From: Candidatus Kapaibacterium sp. | Lineage (GTDB): Bacteria > Bacteroidota > Ignavibacteria > Kapaibacteriales > UBA2268 | DNA: 64,000 nt | Assembly: GCA_963665665.1 (NCBI GenBank) | Contig: OY762428.1 | Location: 832,001-896,000, forward strand | Direction of reading: 5' to 3' | Shown here: in pieces, positions 48,900 to 60,021 of the stretch | How the letters are laid out: each line of letters starts with the position of its first letter | Position numbering within the stretch: position 1 is the stretch's first letter | The notes under the pieces: model-generated | What the model saw: the letters and a program-made list of their open reading frames with translations, nothing else | Databases searched by the model: none | What the model was told of the DNA's origin: nothing | Program-made: the position numbers and the translations under genes

Positions 48900-51392
48900 A
48901 TGATGCAGGAACAAAAAGGGGATTCGAAGAATAGATCAAGGTCAGCCAGGTTAAACAATTCGATTAAATCAAGGTCGGCTTCGGGTTTGGAAGAGTTTTT
49001 GGAAACAGCTGATTTTCAGAATCTGATAAACACCATCCCTGAAATGATAATCCTATATGATAACAATCAAGAAATTATTTGGTTGAATGCTGCTGCAATT
49101 GCAAAATCAGAGCTATTGCCAGAGCAAATTGTCGGCAAACAATGCAGCAATATTTTCAAAGAATGCGATACTATTTGCGATGATTGCCCTGTGGAAAAAT
49201 GTTTTAAAACCGGAAAAGTTGAAGAAAAGAAAATCCATATACCCGGTGGATCAATTTATCTTATTAAAGCTATTCCGATTGTTGGCATAAGAGAAGATGT
49301 AAAATTTGTTCTTGAATCTGCCAGGGATATAACAGAAGAATTCAATATTAAAAACGACCTGGTTGAAAATAAAGAAACACTATCTGCAATGTTTGAATAC
49401 CATGGATCAATTATGTATATGGTCGATCCGGAAACATTTCAAATTTTGGATGCCAATAAAGCTGCTGAGGATTTTTATGGCTATACAAAGTACGAACTCA
49501 AACAAATGAAAACTTTCGACCTGAATATGATGTCCGAAGAAGAAGTCAGGTCAGAAATTAAAAAAGCTGAATCAGAGAACAGGGAATCTTATTTTTTACA
49601 GCATAAAATTGCTAACGGTGAGATAAAAGATGTTGAATTATGTTCAACTCCAATTATTATCCATAATTCCAGAAAAGTATATTTTGTGATAGTCTATGAT
49701 ATTAGTAATCGCACAAGATTACAAAAGCAATTAATTGACAATCAGCGGTTTCTGGAAGATGTTCTTGACTCAATCCAAAGCGGAATAGTTGTTCTGGATA
49801 AAAAATTGAAAGTTCTCAGAGTAAATTCTTATGCCAAAAAGTTATTTAAAATTGACAATAATCCGCTTGGCAGAATATGTTACGAAGCTTTGCTGAACAA
49901 TGATCATATTTGTGATAATTGCCCGAGTATTAAATCTCTGAACACAAGGCAGGCAAATACACTTGAAGCAAATTTTCCCAATTCAGATTATCCCGAGAAA
50001 TGCCTTGAAATGACTTCATACCCTGTATTTGACTCGAAAGGTGATCTAACCGGGGTTATAGAATATATCAAAGACATTACAAGTGTTAAACAAATTGAAG
50101 CAATAAACAACTCCTTATTTGAAATTTCAAATGCTGTTCTGCGTTCGAAAAATTTAAATGAACTATTGCCAAAAATTCATGACATATTAAGTAAAGTTCT
50201 TGATACAACAAATTTCTTCATAGCTCTTTACGATGAGAAAACTGATATTATCCGGTTCCCATATTTTATTGACCAAATGGATGAAAAATTTGAGATAATC
50301 AGCGCAAGCAAATCCGGCTCTTTTACATCCAAAGTAATCCAGACCGGAAAACCTTTTATAATAAAAAAACACGAGATAATCGAGATTTTAAAATCCCGGG
50401 GCGCAACTCAGTGGGGAACCATACCGGAAGTATGGCTCGGGGTTCCGCTTATGGATAAGAATAACGTCATCGGGGCTGTTGCCGTGCAGAATTATGATAA
50501 TCCGGAAATTTATAATAAAAACCATATTGCCCTGCTTGAATCTGTTTCTAACCAGATAGCAATTGCTATTGAAAGAAAAAAATATGAACAGGAAATTGTT
50601 GAACTAAATGCCGATCTTGAACGCAGGGTTTCAATAAGAACCACTCAGCTTGAAGAATCAAATAAAAAGCTGCAGGAATTGTTGCGAAACGAAAAAGAAC
50701 TAAACCAGCTGAAATCCAATTTTATTTCGATGGTATCGCATGAATATCGAACGCCACTGACAGTTATTCTAACATCTTCTTATATTATTGAAAAGCTTTT
50801 TGATAATGCTGATAAAAATAATTTCCTGAAGCAGGTTGGAAAAATCCAGTATTCGGTTTCTGCTATGACAAAGCTGCTTGAAGATGTTCTTATGTATGGT
50901 AAAACAGTCAGCGATGGCTTTAAAGCAAATAATTACCCGTTCGATATTATCAGCGCCACAAGAAGCATTATTTACGAAATAGAAATTCTTGACAAGAAAA
51001 AACATAAAATTGAACTGAACCATAATGATCCCAAAGTTGTTGTTAATACTGATCACAACCTATACCAGCAAATACTCAGCAGTATATTGATAAATGCTAC
51101 CAAGTTCTCCGACGAGGGAACCAAAGTAATTGTTAGTATTAACCAGTATGCAAATGATATGATAATAAAAATAAGGGATTTTGGTATCGGAATCAGGCCT
51201 GAGGACAGCAAACTGCTTTTTGAGCCTTTCCACAAGGGGCAGGGAGCAGCAATGATATCAGGTTCAGGGCTTGGCCTGTCGATTGCCAAAAAAGCTGCCG
51301 AAGCCCTTGATGCAAAAATTGAATTTGATTCAGTTCCGGGAGAAGGAACCGAATTTAAGCTAATAATTCCATTGATTGATAATCCGGAATAG
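48900..51392 (+). CDS. Cytoplasmic PAS-PAS-PAS-GAF sensor histidine kinase
   Basis: Three PAS/PAC blocks (two with C..CP), GAF (WLGVPL), SHEYRTPL, NATKFS, DFGIGI, GSGLGL. Confidence 0.9.
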   Translation: MMQEQKGDSKNRSRSARLNNSIKSRSASGLEEFLETADFQNLINTIPEMIILYDNNQEIIWLNAAAIAKSELLPEQIVGKQCSNIFKECDTICDDCPVEKCFKTGKVEEKKIHIPGGSIYLIKAIPIVGIREDVKFVLESARDITEEFNIKNDLVENKETLSAMFEYHGSIMYMVDPETFQILDANKAAEDFYGYTKYELKQMKTFDLNMMSEEEVRSEIKKAESENRESYFLQHKIANGEIKDVELCSTPIIIHNSRKVYFVIVYDISNRTRLQKQLIDNQRFLEDVLDSIQSGIVVLDKKLKVLRVNSYAKKLFKIDNNPLGRICYEALLNNDHICDNCPSIKSLNTRQANTLEANFPNSDYPEKCLEMTSYPVFDSKGDLTGVIEYIKDITSVKQIEAINNSLFEISNAVLRSKNLNELLPKIHDILSKVLDTTNFFIALYDEKTDIIRFPYFIDQMDEKFEIISASKSGSFTSKVIQTGKPFIIKKHEIIEILKSRGATQWGTIPEVWLGVPLMDKNNVIGAVAVQNYDNPEIYNKNHIALLESVSNQIAIAIERKKYEQEIVELNADLERRVSIRTTQLEESNKKLQELLRNEKELNQLKSNFISMVSHEYRTPLTVILTSSYIIEKLFDNADKNNFLKQVGKIQYSVSAMTKLLEDVLMYGKTVSDGFKANNYPFDIISATRSIIYEIEILDKKKHKIELNHNDPKVVVNTDHNLYQQILSSILINATKFSDEGTKVIVSINQYANDMIIKIRDFGIGIRPEDSKLLFEPFHKGQGAAMISGSGLGLSIAKKAAEALDAKIEFDSVPGEGTEFKLIIPLIDNPE

Positions 51393-51474
51393 GTTCAAAC
51401 AAAACAGATTACTTTGCTAATAAAAAAAATCCTGAATATAAAAATTCAGGATTTCAATAAAAAAAACAATTGGA

Positions 51475-52452
51475 TTATATCTGCTCAGAAATTATTTCTG
51501 CAATTCTTAATGCTTCAGCAGCCTCAGCAGCACCTACAGGAACAGGTTCATTATTAATTATCGCCTCTGCAAAGGCTTTTTGCTCCTCTGCAATTGCATT
51601 TTGCGGGATAACAGGCGGCTGTTCAAACAAAATATTTTTATTCTTTAAGCCTGATTCAAGGCTTCCGAGCATTGTAGCAGGAACCCCGCTCTCATTATTT
51701 TCAACCTCTTCGCCAATACGAAATACTTCCACTTTCTGTTCGCCAAAATCAACAGAAATGTAGGCGTTTTTCTGGAACATTCTCATTTTTCTCATTGGTT
51801 TTGCAGAAATCCGGGAAGCAGTAATATTAGCAACAGCACCGTTTTCAAATGTAATTCTTGCATTTGCCAGGTCGGTTGTATCAGTCAGAACAGACACACC
51901 GTTGGCCATAACGGATTTTACTTTTGATTTGATAAGCCAAAGCATAATATCAATATCATGTATCATCAGGTCATGAATAACAGAAACATCAATAGCCCTC
52001 GGTTTAAACTGGCTTAGCCGGTGTGCCTCGATAAATACGGGATCCAGTTTATAGCTTCTTAAAGCAGCAATAGCAGGATTGAACCTTTCAACATGGCCAA
52101 CCTGCACAAGGACTTCATTGTCCTTTGCCAGCTTTATCAACTCCACAGCTTCTTCATATTTAGCGGTAATCGGTTTTTCAATCAGGCAGTGCTTTCCGTT
52201 TTGAATACATTTTACTGCAATATCAAAATGATTAACGGTAGGAGCCGCTATTGTAATTGCATCGGAATTTTCAATTGCCTCTTCAATATCAGTGAAATAT
52301 TTGCAATTCAATTCAGCAGCAATAGCTGCAGCTCTTTCTGTGTCTGTATCAAATATTCCTGAAAGTGTTGCATTCTGTTGGCCTTTCCATAATTTGGCAT
52401 GAATTGCCCCCAGATGTCCGGTTCCTATAACTGCTACCCTGATTTTTTCCAT
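51475..52452 (-). CDS. Gfo/Idh/MocA oxidoreductase (GnnA-like)
   Basis: GTGHLG, EKP, VGHVERFNPA, DLMIHDID. Confidence 0.85.
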   Translation of the reverse strand: MEKIRVAVIGTGHLGAIHAKLWKGQQNATLSGIFDTDTERAAAIAAELNCKYFTDIEEAIENSDAITIAAPTVNHFDIAVKCIQNGKHCLIEKPITAKYEEAVELIKLAKDNEVLVQVGHVERFNPAIAALRSYKLDPVFIEAHRLSQFKPRAIDVSVIHDLMIHDIDIMLWLIKSKVKSVMANGVSVLTDTTDLANARITFENGAVANITASRISAKPMRKMRMFQKNAYISVDFGEQKVEVFRIGEEVENNESGVPATMLGSLESGLKNKNILFEQPPVIPQNAIAEEQKAFAEAIINNEPVPVGAAEAAEALRIAEIISEQI

Positions 52453-52592
52453 TATTATTCCCGTGTAAACATTCAAAAATTTCCAATATACAAAAAAGTT
52501 AATTATTAATATAGTTCTGTCTCAGGCACGAAAATTAAATTATCACTAAAAAAGCCCCGCGACAGCAGGGCTTATATTATCAAAACTTAATA

Positions 52593-54647
52593 TTACCAGA
52601 TCTTTGCTCTTTCTTCTTTCGGGCGATACATTTTATCACCTTCTTTGATATTAAAAGCAGTGTAGAAAGCATCAATATTCGGAAGAGTTCCGTTCACACG
52701 ATACTTGCCCGGCGAGTGCACATCTGTCTGTATCCTTCTGCGAAGTTCCTCGTCTGCAATATTATTTCTCCAAACCTGTGCAAAGGAAAGGAAATATCTC
52801 TGAATCGGAGTTAAGCCGTCAATTTCTTTATTATCGCTGTTTTCCAGGGCTTTTTCCAGGGCAGTGAGCGACACAGTTACCCCGCCGAGGTCGGCAATAT
52901 TTTCTCCGAGTGTAAATTCACCGTTCAAATGCAATGTATCAATAGGATTGAATTCGGAAAACTGCTTAACAAGCACCTGTGTTTTCTTATTAAAGTTTTT
53001 GGCATCTTCTTCTGTCCACCAGTTTGCAAGATTGCCGTTTACATCGTATTCACGTCCCTGATCGTCGAATCCGTGTGTCATTTCATGCCCGATCACAGCA
53101 CCTATAGCGCCATAGTTAACAGCATCATCAGCATCCATATTGAAGAATGGCGGCTGAAGGATAGCTGCCGGAAAAACTATTTCGTTCAAAGTAGGATTGT
53201 AATAAGCATTTACCGTCTGTGGTGTCATGTGCCATTCCGCTTTATCAACTTTCTTGCCGGCTTTTGCCATACTGTAATCGAAATTAAAAACAGAAGCAGC
53301 AATTACATTGTCAAAATAAGAATTCCTTCCAATTTCTAAGTCGTCGTAAGAACGCCATTTATCGGGATATCCTATTTTTACACTCATTTTATTGAGTTTT
53401 TCAAGAGCTTTTTTCTTGGTATCTTCTACCATCCAGTCCAGTTCGCCAATATGTTTTCCGAGTGCATAGCGAAGATTGCCAACTAATTCAAGCATTCTGC
53501 CTTTGGCTCGTGGAGGAAAGTATTCTTTAACAAACAACTGGCCTACCAATTCACCAAGTTCACCGCTTGTATTGGATAGAACTCTTTTCCAGCGGGGACG
53601 GATTTTCTTTTGTCCGGAAAGAACTTTTCCGTAAAAATCAAAATTTGTATTCACAAAATCATCGTTCAGGTATGGTGCAGCTGTATTAAGAAGGTTGAAT
53701 TTAAGATAGTTCTTTAAAGTCTCAATATCGGATTTTTTATAGATATCAGATGCAGCTTTCATAAAGTCTACCATTGCCACATTGAATTCTTCCCGGGCAT
53801 TAAGGTTTACACCGTCAAAAAACACATTCCAGTCGAACGCGGGAGTGAGCTTTGACAGCCCGGTAAAATCAAATTTATTGTATGTTTTATGCGGGTCTCT
53901 TCTTTCAACTCTGTCCATCTGGCTTTTAGCAAGTTCAGTTTCAAAAGCAATAATTTTATCTGCTACTTCATTTGAACCTGCTTCATCATTTCCAATCAGA
54001 GTAAAAAGTTTAACAATAAATTGTTTGTAACCATCCCTTATTGCCTTCATTGAAGCTTCATCGCTAAGATAATAGTCTCTGTCCGGAAGGCCAATACCGC
54101 CCTGATAGAACTGCGCAATAACATTCTCACTATTTTTTTCATCCTGCCCTGCATAGATGTAAAAAAGCGGAGCAATCTGCATACGGTGGAATTTCCCAAT
54201 AATTGCCCATAATTCTGTATGATTTGTAGCTTCATCAATTTCTTTCAGATAAGGTATTATTGGTTTATAACCGGCTTCATTGATAGCATTAGTATCCATT
54301 CCGCTTGCATAAAAGTCACCGATTTTTTGTGTCATGCTGCCCTTGGCGGCATCTTTCTCGCTTGCAGCCGCTTCGAATATTGTTCTTAAAGCTTCGTAAT
54401 TGGCATCCTGCAATTCATTGAAGGCACCATATCTTGAATACTCTTCAGGCAATGGATGAGCTTTAATCCAACCGCCGTTGGCATATTCATAAAAATTGTT
54501 ACCCGGTACTACATTATCGTCCATATTTACAGGATCTATCGCTTTTACCACTACTTTTTCTTCTGCCACATCCGACTCCTTATTTCCACAGGAAACTAAT
54601 ATCATCATACCTGCCGTGATTAGTAAAACGGTTGATATAAATTTCAT
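52593..54647 (-). CDS. pepO: M13 family zinc metallopeptidase lipoprotein (PepO-like)
   Basis: Lipobox LVSC; VNAYY, GHEMTHGFD, GENIAD, HSPGKYR. Confidence 0.9.
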   Translation of the reverse strand: MKFISTVLLITAGMMILVSCGNKESDVAEEKVVVKAIDPVNMDDNVVPGNNFYEYANGGWIKAHPLPEEYSRYGAFNELQDANYEALRTIFEAAASEKDAAKGSMTQKIGDFYASGMDTNAINEAGYKPIIPYLKEIDEATNHTELWAIIGKFHRMQIAPLFYIYAGQDEKNSENVIAQFYQGGIGLPDRDYYLSDEASMKAIRDGYKQFIVKLFTLIGNDEAGSNEVADKIIAFETELAKSQMDRVERRDPHKTYNKFDFTGLSKLTPAFDWNVFFDGVNLNAREEFNVAMVDFMKAASDIYKKSDIETLKNYLKFNLLNTAAPYLNDDFVNTNFDFYGKVLSGQKKIRPRWKRVLSNTSGELGELVGQLFVKEYFPPRAKGRMLELVGNLRYALGKHIGELDWMVEDTKKKALEKLNKMSVKIGYPDKWRSYDDLEIGRNSYFDNVIAASVFNFDYSMAKAGKKVDKAEWHMTPQTVNAYYNPTLNEIVFPAAILQPPFFNMDADDAVNYGAIGAVIGHEMTHGFDDQGREYDVNGNLANWWTEEDAKNFNKKTQVLVKQFSEFNPIDTLHLNGEFTLGENIADLGGVTVSLTALEKALENSDNKEIDGLTPIQRYFLSFAQVWRNNIADEELRRRIQTDVHSPGKYRVNGTLPNIDAFYTAFNIKEGDKMYRPKEERAKIW

Positions 54648-54849
54648 TTTCAGCTCCAAAAATTTTAACATTAATTATTCAATCCAATTTAATACGAAAT
54701 TATTATAAAAAAGTTAAACATTAAAGTTAATAATTCTAAATTAAAACACAATTATTTACATAAAAAATGTAACTAATGATTAATTTCATCGTATTTTTTA
54801 TAAATTTGTAATATTGAGCAGGTTGTTTATTAATTAATTTTTTTACGAA

Positions 54850-56790
54850 ATGAAGACAAACAGTTTCAGAACACTGGCTGCCATAATGTTTACTGACATT
54901 GTCGGCTACACTGCAATGATGCAGGAAAACGAGTCCCGGACACGGGAGATTCGCGATATTCACCGGCAGGTTCTGGAGAAAAAAACACTTGGCTACCGGG
55001 GCAGAATTCTTCAATACTACGGTGATGGTTCCCTGTGCATGTTCAGCAGCGCCATCGAAGCTGTTCAGTGTGCTGTCGAGATTCAGAAAAAGCTTCATTT
55101 TGAGGAAAGTATACCACTGAGAATTGGTTTACACCTTGGTGATATTGTATACGAAGAAGAAGGAATATACGGCGACGGAGTGAATATTTCAGCAAGGATT
55201 CAAAGTAAAGGCGTACCCGGTTCTGTTTTAATATCCGGAAAAATATACGACGAAATTGCCAACCACCCTGAATTAAAAGCAAGCTTCATGGGTGCATTTA
55301 AACTTAAAAACGTAAAGAAATTGGTAGATATATATGCCGTTAGCTCGAACGGCCTTCCTGTTCCTGATTCTGAAAAAATGACAGGGGCAGAAAATGAATC
55401 GATGAAAAGGGTTGCTGTTTTACCATTTGTAAACATGAGCCCCGATCCTGAAAATGAATATTTTAGCGACGGAATTACCGAAGAGCTCCTTAACTCGCTT
55501 GCTAAAGTTGAAGGCCTGTTAGTAACTGCCCGAACATCTTCTTTTGCTTTCAAAGGTATGAATCAGGATATACGTGAAATTGGCAGGCAGCTTAATGTGG
55601 ACACTGTTCTTGAAGGCAGTGTGCGTAAAGCAGGAAACCAGGTAAGAGTAACAGCACAGCTAATTAATACTAACGACGGATTTCATCTTTTCTCGGAAAC
55701 CTACGACAGAAAACTTGACGATATTTTTGCTATACAGGACGAAATCTCTGAATCAATTGCAAAGATGCTGAAAGAGAAGCTTAATATCGGGATTAATCCC
55801 AAACCAAAACCAAGAATGACAACTATTACTAATAATATCGAAGCCTATAATTACTATCTGAAAGGCAAATATTATTGGAACAGGTGGTCTCCTGAAGAGT
55901 TTATTAAAGCTGCGGGTAACTTTCAGAAAGCAATTGAATTAGAACCAGAATTTGCCGAAGCCTATGCCTGGCTTGCAAATGTAAATACAGCATCTGCAGC
56001 AATGGGGATTGTTGACCCCACGAAAGCATACGCGAAAGCAAGGGAATATGCACTAAAGGCTATGGAGCTGAACGATGAAATTGCAGAGCCTCATGCCGCT
56101 CTCGGTGCAGTTAAACTTTTTCATGACTGGGATTTCGAAAAAGCCGGAAAAAAGCTGGATAAGGCATTCAGCCTGAAACTGCATGATGGTGAATTACTAA
56201 AAATATATGCTTTATATAAGATGATAACCGGTGATATTTATAAAGCTGTCAGTATTATCGAAGATGCCCTGCTAAACGATCCTTTATCTGTACCGTTGAA
56301 TAATTCACTTGCTGATTACCTTTCCTGGACAAGGCAATTTGATAAGGCTGAACTACAATATAAACATACTCTCAGCCTCGATCCGGATTATGGCCCGTCA
56401 AAGACTGGGATTGGATGGCTGAATTGTTATAAAGGCAACTATCAAAAAGCTCTTGAAATATTTACAAAGGGGGATGCAGGAAGTTGCAGCGATGTATTCT
56501 CATTTACCAGCATAGGATATGTTCATGGAAAAATGGGAAATCGCCAGGCAGCATTAGATATGATCAACAAGCTGAAAGAATTGAAAGAACAAAATCCTGA
56601 CTTGATTATTGATATTGATCAATCAATTATTTACGGTGCACTGGGCGATATTGATAAAACTTTTGAATATTTGGAAAAAGCCTACGAAAAACATCTTAGC
56701 GGACTATTGTTTATTAAGATTCACCCGGCATGGCGTCAACTCGATCACGATCCCCGCTATCATGAATTGATAGAAAAGATAGGATTGTAA
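54850..56790 (+). CDS. Class III adenylate/guanylate cyclase-like domain + TolB-like domain + TPR
   Basis: FTDIVGYT, GDG, GDGVNISAR; AVLPFVNMS...YFSDGITEE; TPRs. Confidence 0.85.
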   Translation: MKTNSFRTLAAIMFTDIVGYTAMMQENESRTREIRDIHRQVLEKKTLGYRGRILQYYGDGSLCMFSSAIEAVQCAVEIQKKLHFEESIPLRIGLHLGDIVYEEEGIYGDGVNISARIQSKGVPGSVLISGKIYDEIANHPELKASFMGAFKLKNVKKLVDIYAVSSNGLPVPDSEKMTGAENESMKRVAVLPFVNMSPDPENEYFSDGITEELLNSLAKVEGLLVTARTSSFAFKGMNQDIREIGRQLNVDTVLEGSVRKAGNQVRVTAQLINTNDGFHLFSETYDRKLDDIFAIQDEISESIAKMLKEKLNIGINPKPKPRMTTITNNIEAYNYYLKGKYYWNRWSPEEFIKAAGNFQKAIELEPEFAEAYAWLANVNTASAAMGIVDPTKAYAKAREYALKAMELNDEIAEPHAALGAVKLFHDWDFEKAGKKLDKAFSLKLHDGELLKIYALYKMITGDIYKAVSIIEDALLNDPLSVPLNNSLADYLSWTRQFDKAELQYKHTLSLDPDYGPSKTGIGWLNCYKGNYQKALEIFTKGDAGSCSDVFSFTSIGYVHGKMGNRQAALDMINKLKELKEQNPDLIIDIDQSIIYGALGDIDKTFEYLEKAYEKHLSGLLFIKIHPAWRQLDHDPRYHELIEKIGL

Positions 56791-57104
56791 AATCATAAAT
56801 ATAAAATATTATTTGCATTTGGAATTTTTTCCGAATGCTTTTTTTTTTAAATTGTACAAAGAGTTATTTGGTTTCGATTCGGGAAATACTGACATAGTAT
56901 TTGATTTTGTACTTTATTATAACTATTGGCAAGGCCTCCACTAACTCTGATATTACGATTGAAGGCAGCACAAAAAACGATATAATCAGGAACGCCCGGG
57001 GCTTCTTTTTTCCTTGGATCGGGTTTTAATCCAGAATATAGGAAAAATGAATTTGATAAGAAATAAAAGATAAAGCCATTTTTATACAATCAGGAAGTAC
57101 TAAT

Positions 57105-57581
57105 ATGAAAAAATTACTAATACTTTTAATAATTGCCGGCACTGTTTTCAGCGTTGCAAATGCCGGCGACTGCTGGCGCGATCCACTTGTAAAAATTTCA
57201 ATATTACCTAACGATATTGACGTTGAAGATTTTCTGCCAAAATTGAGTAAAGATATTTCCGATGCTTCCGGTGTTCCGGAATCCGGTATAACTGTTATCT
57301 GGAATGAAATTCCCGCTAAAAGAATGATAACAGGAGGAAAACTGGGTATCAAAAATGAAAATGAGGAGCATCCCGTGGTGGTTGAACTGAATCTTGCCGG
57401 TTTCTTCACGCAGGAAGAGATTGAAGAAACCATGGAAGGTATTGCTGAATCATTCGAGGAACATACAAATGTGGATAGCAAGCAGGTTTTTATTATTACT
57501 ACTTTGCAGGAATCCGGTAAAGTTTATGTTTTCGATGAAACAATGAAATGGGAAGACGGGGAAAACCCGTTTGCAGACTAA
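57105..57581 (+). CDS. Exported MIF/tautomerase-fold protein
   Basis: Signal peptide ending ANA; PLVKI...FL..LS..I..A.G.P...I.V...M..GG...P....L pattern parallels MIF. Confidence 0.6.
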   Translation: MKKLLILLIIAGTVFSVANAGDCWRDPLVKISILPNDIDVEDFLPKLSKDISDASGVPESGITVIWNEIPAKRMITGGKLGIKNENEEHPVVVELNLAGFFTQEEIEETMEGIAESFEEHTNVDSKQVFIITTLQESGKVYVFDETMKWEDGENPFAD

Positions 57582-57699
57582 AATATTTTTATTATTGATG
57601 CAAATGCAAAGAATCAAATTTTGAAATATTCTACAACCGCTTTAAAAGACTTACAAAGATAGTCGCCTATGTTTTGGGACTTCATCATTATTAAACAAA

Positions 57700-57729
57700 A
57701 TCCCCCTCAGGTTCTTTCCTGAAGGGGAT
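57700..57729. terminator. Hairpin terminator between convergent genes
   Basis: ATCCCCCTCAGG / CCTGAAGGGGAT stem. Confidence 0.6.
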
Positions 57730-57765
57730 GATAAATTATAATTTGAAAATCCGGTATATGAACTA

Positions 57766-59118
57766 TTAGTTTACAACGGCGCCGCTTGTTAAATTGATTT
57801 TCAGGTCGTTGTCAACTGGCGGAAGATCAGTATAAATAGACTGTATCATAGAACCAACAAGTTGCATGGTAGCATCACCATTAGAAAGCATATCAACAAC
57901 TCCCTGTGCCTGAGCTGTAATTATTTCATCCCCGTTGTAATGAGCAAGCCATGAAGCTGCAATAACAGGGGCAATTTGATTAGCAGAAGCTTCATCAACA
58001 CCATATTCGTTCATAAGCACATACATAATCAGCAGATACATACCTTTTGAAAATTCCTCGCTGGCATAAGTCTGATAATCTTCTCCATCAAGGTCATAAT
58101 TGATACTGGTAACATAATTTGTTTTAATATCAAGAATTTCAGAATTACTCACTTCAAGGATTCGCCAGGGGGATGGCGGAGATATTGCCGAACCGGTTTC
58201 AATGTCATAAATCCAATTATCATCAGGCTGATGCAATACAACATCATTAGCATGGAAATGCCCGGTAAACATTATTTTCATACCGGCGGCGGATAGTTCG
58301 TCTGCAACTGTTTCCCAATCATCTATAACATACTCAGACGAGATCGGGAATGATTTCTGTCCTTGAAAATGCTCAACAAGACCGTGATGCATCATACCAA
58401 ATACCATTTTGCCATCGGTAACGGCAAGTTCTATTTGATTTTTGGCCCAAGCCAATGTTTGAGCTTTCAGCCTTCCGCCAACAATACTTTCCTCACCAGC
58501 CTGGTTTTCTTCATATTTCGAAGCATCAAGACAAATAATTACTAATCCTTCTACCGGTTCTATAACATAGCTCAGCGAACTTGCATCTTTTGCAAGAGCT
58601 TGAATATATCCGAAATCGCCCATTATAGTTTCAAAATCCGTTGCAGAGATCATATCGGTGGAAACAGCTGTTCCGCTTGAATAATCAACAGCCCAGTAAT
58701 TACTAATATCATGATTACCCGGTATAACATATACTTCCTTACCGGAATTTTCAATCTGTTCAAGATAACCGGCAATACTTTGAAGGCTTGCCTTTTCTCC
58801 GTCTTTAGTCAGGTCGCCCGGTACCAGAACAAAATCAACATCAGAAGCTACTATGCTGTTTGTCAGAGATTCAAGTATTGCGTCGGATTCCTGCAGAAGT
58901 TTTCGTCCCTGCTCGATATATGCTTCACCTGGGTCGCCGGGAGTCATAAGTGATTTGGCCAGCAAGTGAGGATCCGAAAAAACGGCAAATTTGAAATTAA
59001 GCTTATCATCACCCGTATTTGGATTATCATCATCATCCGAACATGCACTGATCATAACAAGTGACAATACTATTGCCACAACAAATTTAAGACTATAGGC
59101 ATAAAAAGTATCTTTCAT
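57766..59118 (-). CDS. Calcineurin-like metallophosphoesterase lipoprotein
   Basis: Lipobox ISAC; DPH, GDLT, GNHD, HH, GHFH motifs. Confidence 0.88.
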   Translation of the reverse strand: MKDTFYAYSLKFVVAIVLSLVMISACSDDDDNPNTGDDKLNFKFAVFSDPHLLAKSLMTPGDPGEAYIEQGRKLLQESDAILESLTNSIVASDVDFVLVPGDLTKDGEKASLQSIAGYLEQIENSGKEVYVIPGNHDISNYWAVDYSSGTAVSTDMISATDFETIMGDFGYIQALAKDASSLSYVIEPVEGLVIICLDASKYEENQAGEESIVGGRLKAQTLAWAKNQIELAVTDGKMVFGMMHHGLVEHFQGQKSFPISSEYVIDDWETVADELSAAGMKIMFTGHFHANDVVLHQPDDNWIYDIETGSAISPPSPWRILEVSNSEILDIKTNYVTSINYDLDGEDYQTYASEEFSKGMYLLIMYVLMNEYGVDEASANQIAPVIAASWLAHYNGDEIITAQAQGVVDMLSNGDATMQLVGSMIQSIYTDLPPVDNDLKINLTSGAVVN

Positions 59119-59293
59119 TGGTAAACCCTCCGTTTAAAAAAATTTTATTATTATAATTACAATATACTCGCAAATAATTAAAATGGGGTTGAGAAAAGGT
59201 GATAAAACTGTTAATTTTTAATAAAATTCAATTATTTTTCATAAAATAAAAAAAATTTGCGTCTTTTCGCAATTTTATTTGTTACACTAATAG

Positions 59294-59875
59294 ATGTATA
59301 ATTGGCGGGATCTGATGAGAAGAAAGTATGCAAAATATTCTGATGATGAACTTCTTCCCCTGTTGCAGGGAAAGAAGTCTCAGGCAGAAGCAGCATTCAC
59401 TGAATTTTATAACAGGTACGCCGTGAAAGTTCGTTCTTATTGCATGCTGATGGTAGATGATGTGATGGCGGCAGAAGATATTTTCCAGGAAACTTTCATT
59501 AGGTTCTTTAAAAACATAAAACCGGAAAGAGCACACTCTAACGTACCGGGCTACCTGATGAAGATTGCAAGAAACCTATGCATTAATCATCACCGGCAGA
59601 AAAAGCCCGCCGCTTCAGAAGAAGTTCTGGAGAATCTCAGGTCGGAAGGATTTTCTTACGAGAGTGACGAAATGTATGAAATAATCCTGAAGTCTCTCGA
59701 TCTTCTGGATGATAAATACAAAGAGGCTTTTGTTCTTCGGGAATTTGACGGATTGGCCTATAAAGATATAGCCAGTATTACCGGAGTGTCACTGTCAAAT
59801 GCAAAATCAAGAGTTGCAAGGGCAAGGGAAAAGATGGCAGATATTCTGGAGCCATACATCAAAGAGAAAGTTTAG
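59294..59875 (+). CDS. ECF sigma-70 factor
   Basis: AEDIFQETF, YLMKIARN, LAYKDIASITGVSLSNAKSRV. Confidence 0.92.
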   Translation: MYNWRDLMRRKYAKYSDDELLPLLQGKKSQAEAAFTEFYNRYAVKVRSYCMLMVDDVMAAEDIFQETFIRFFKNIKPERAHSNVPGYLMKIARNLCINHHRQKKPAASEEVLENLRSEGFSYESDEMYEIILKSLDLLDDKYKEAFVLREFDGLAYKDIASITGVSLSNAKSRVARAREKMADILEPYIKEKV

Positions 59876-60021
59876 TTCTTTTACAAAAGTTGATGCAGTT
59901 GTTCTTATTACTGCACGAAAATGGGAAACGGTGCTAATAAAGCGGGTATATCCTACGGGGATAGGTACTATACCTGCCCGCTTTATTACCCTTTTTTCAA
60001 ATTTATTAAACGGGATAAAAA

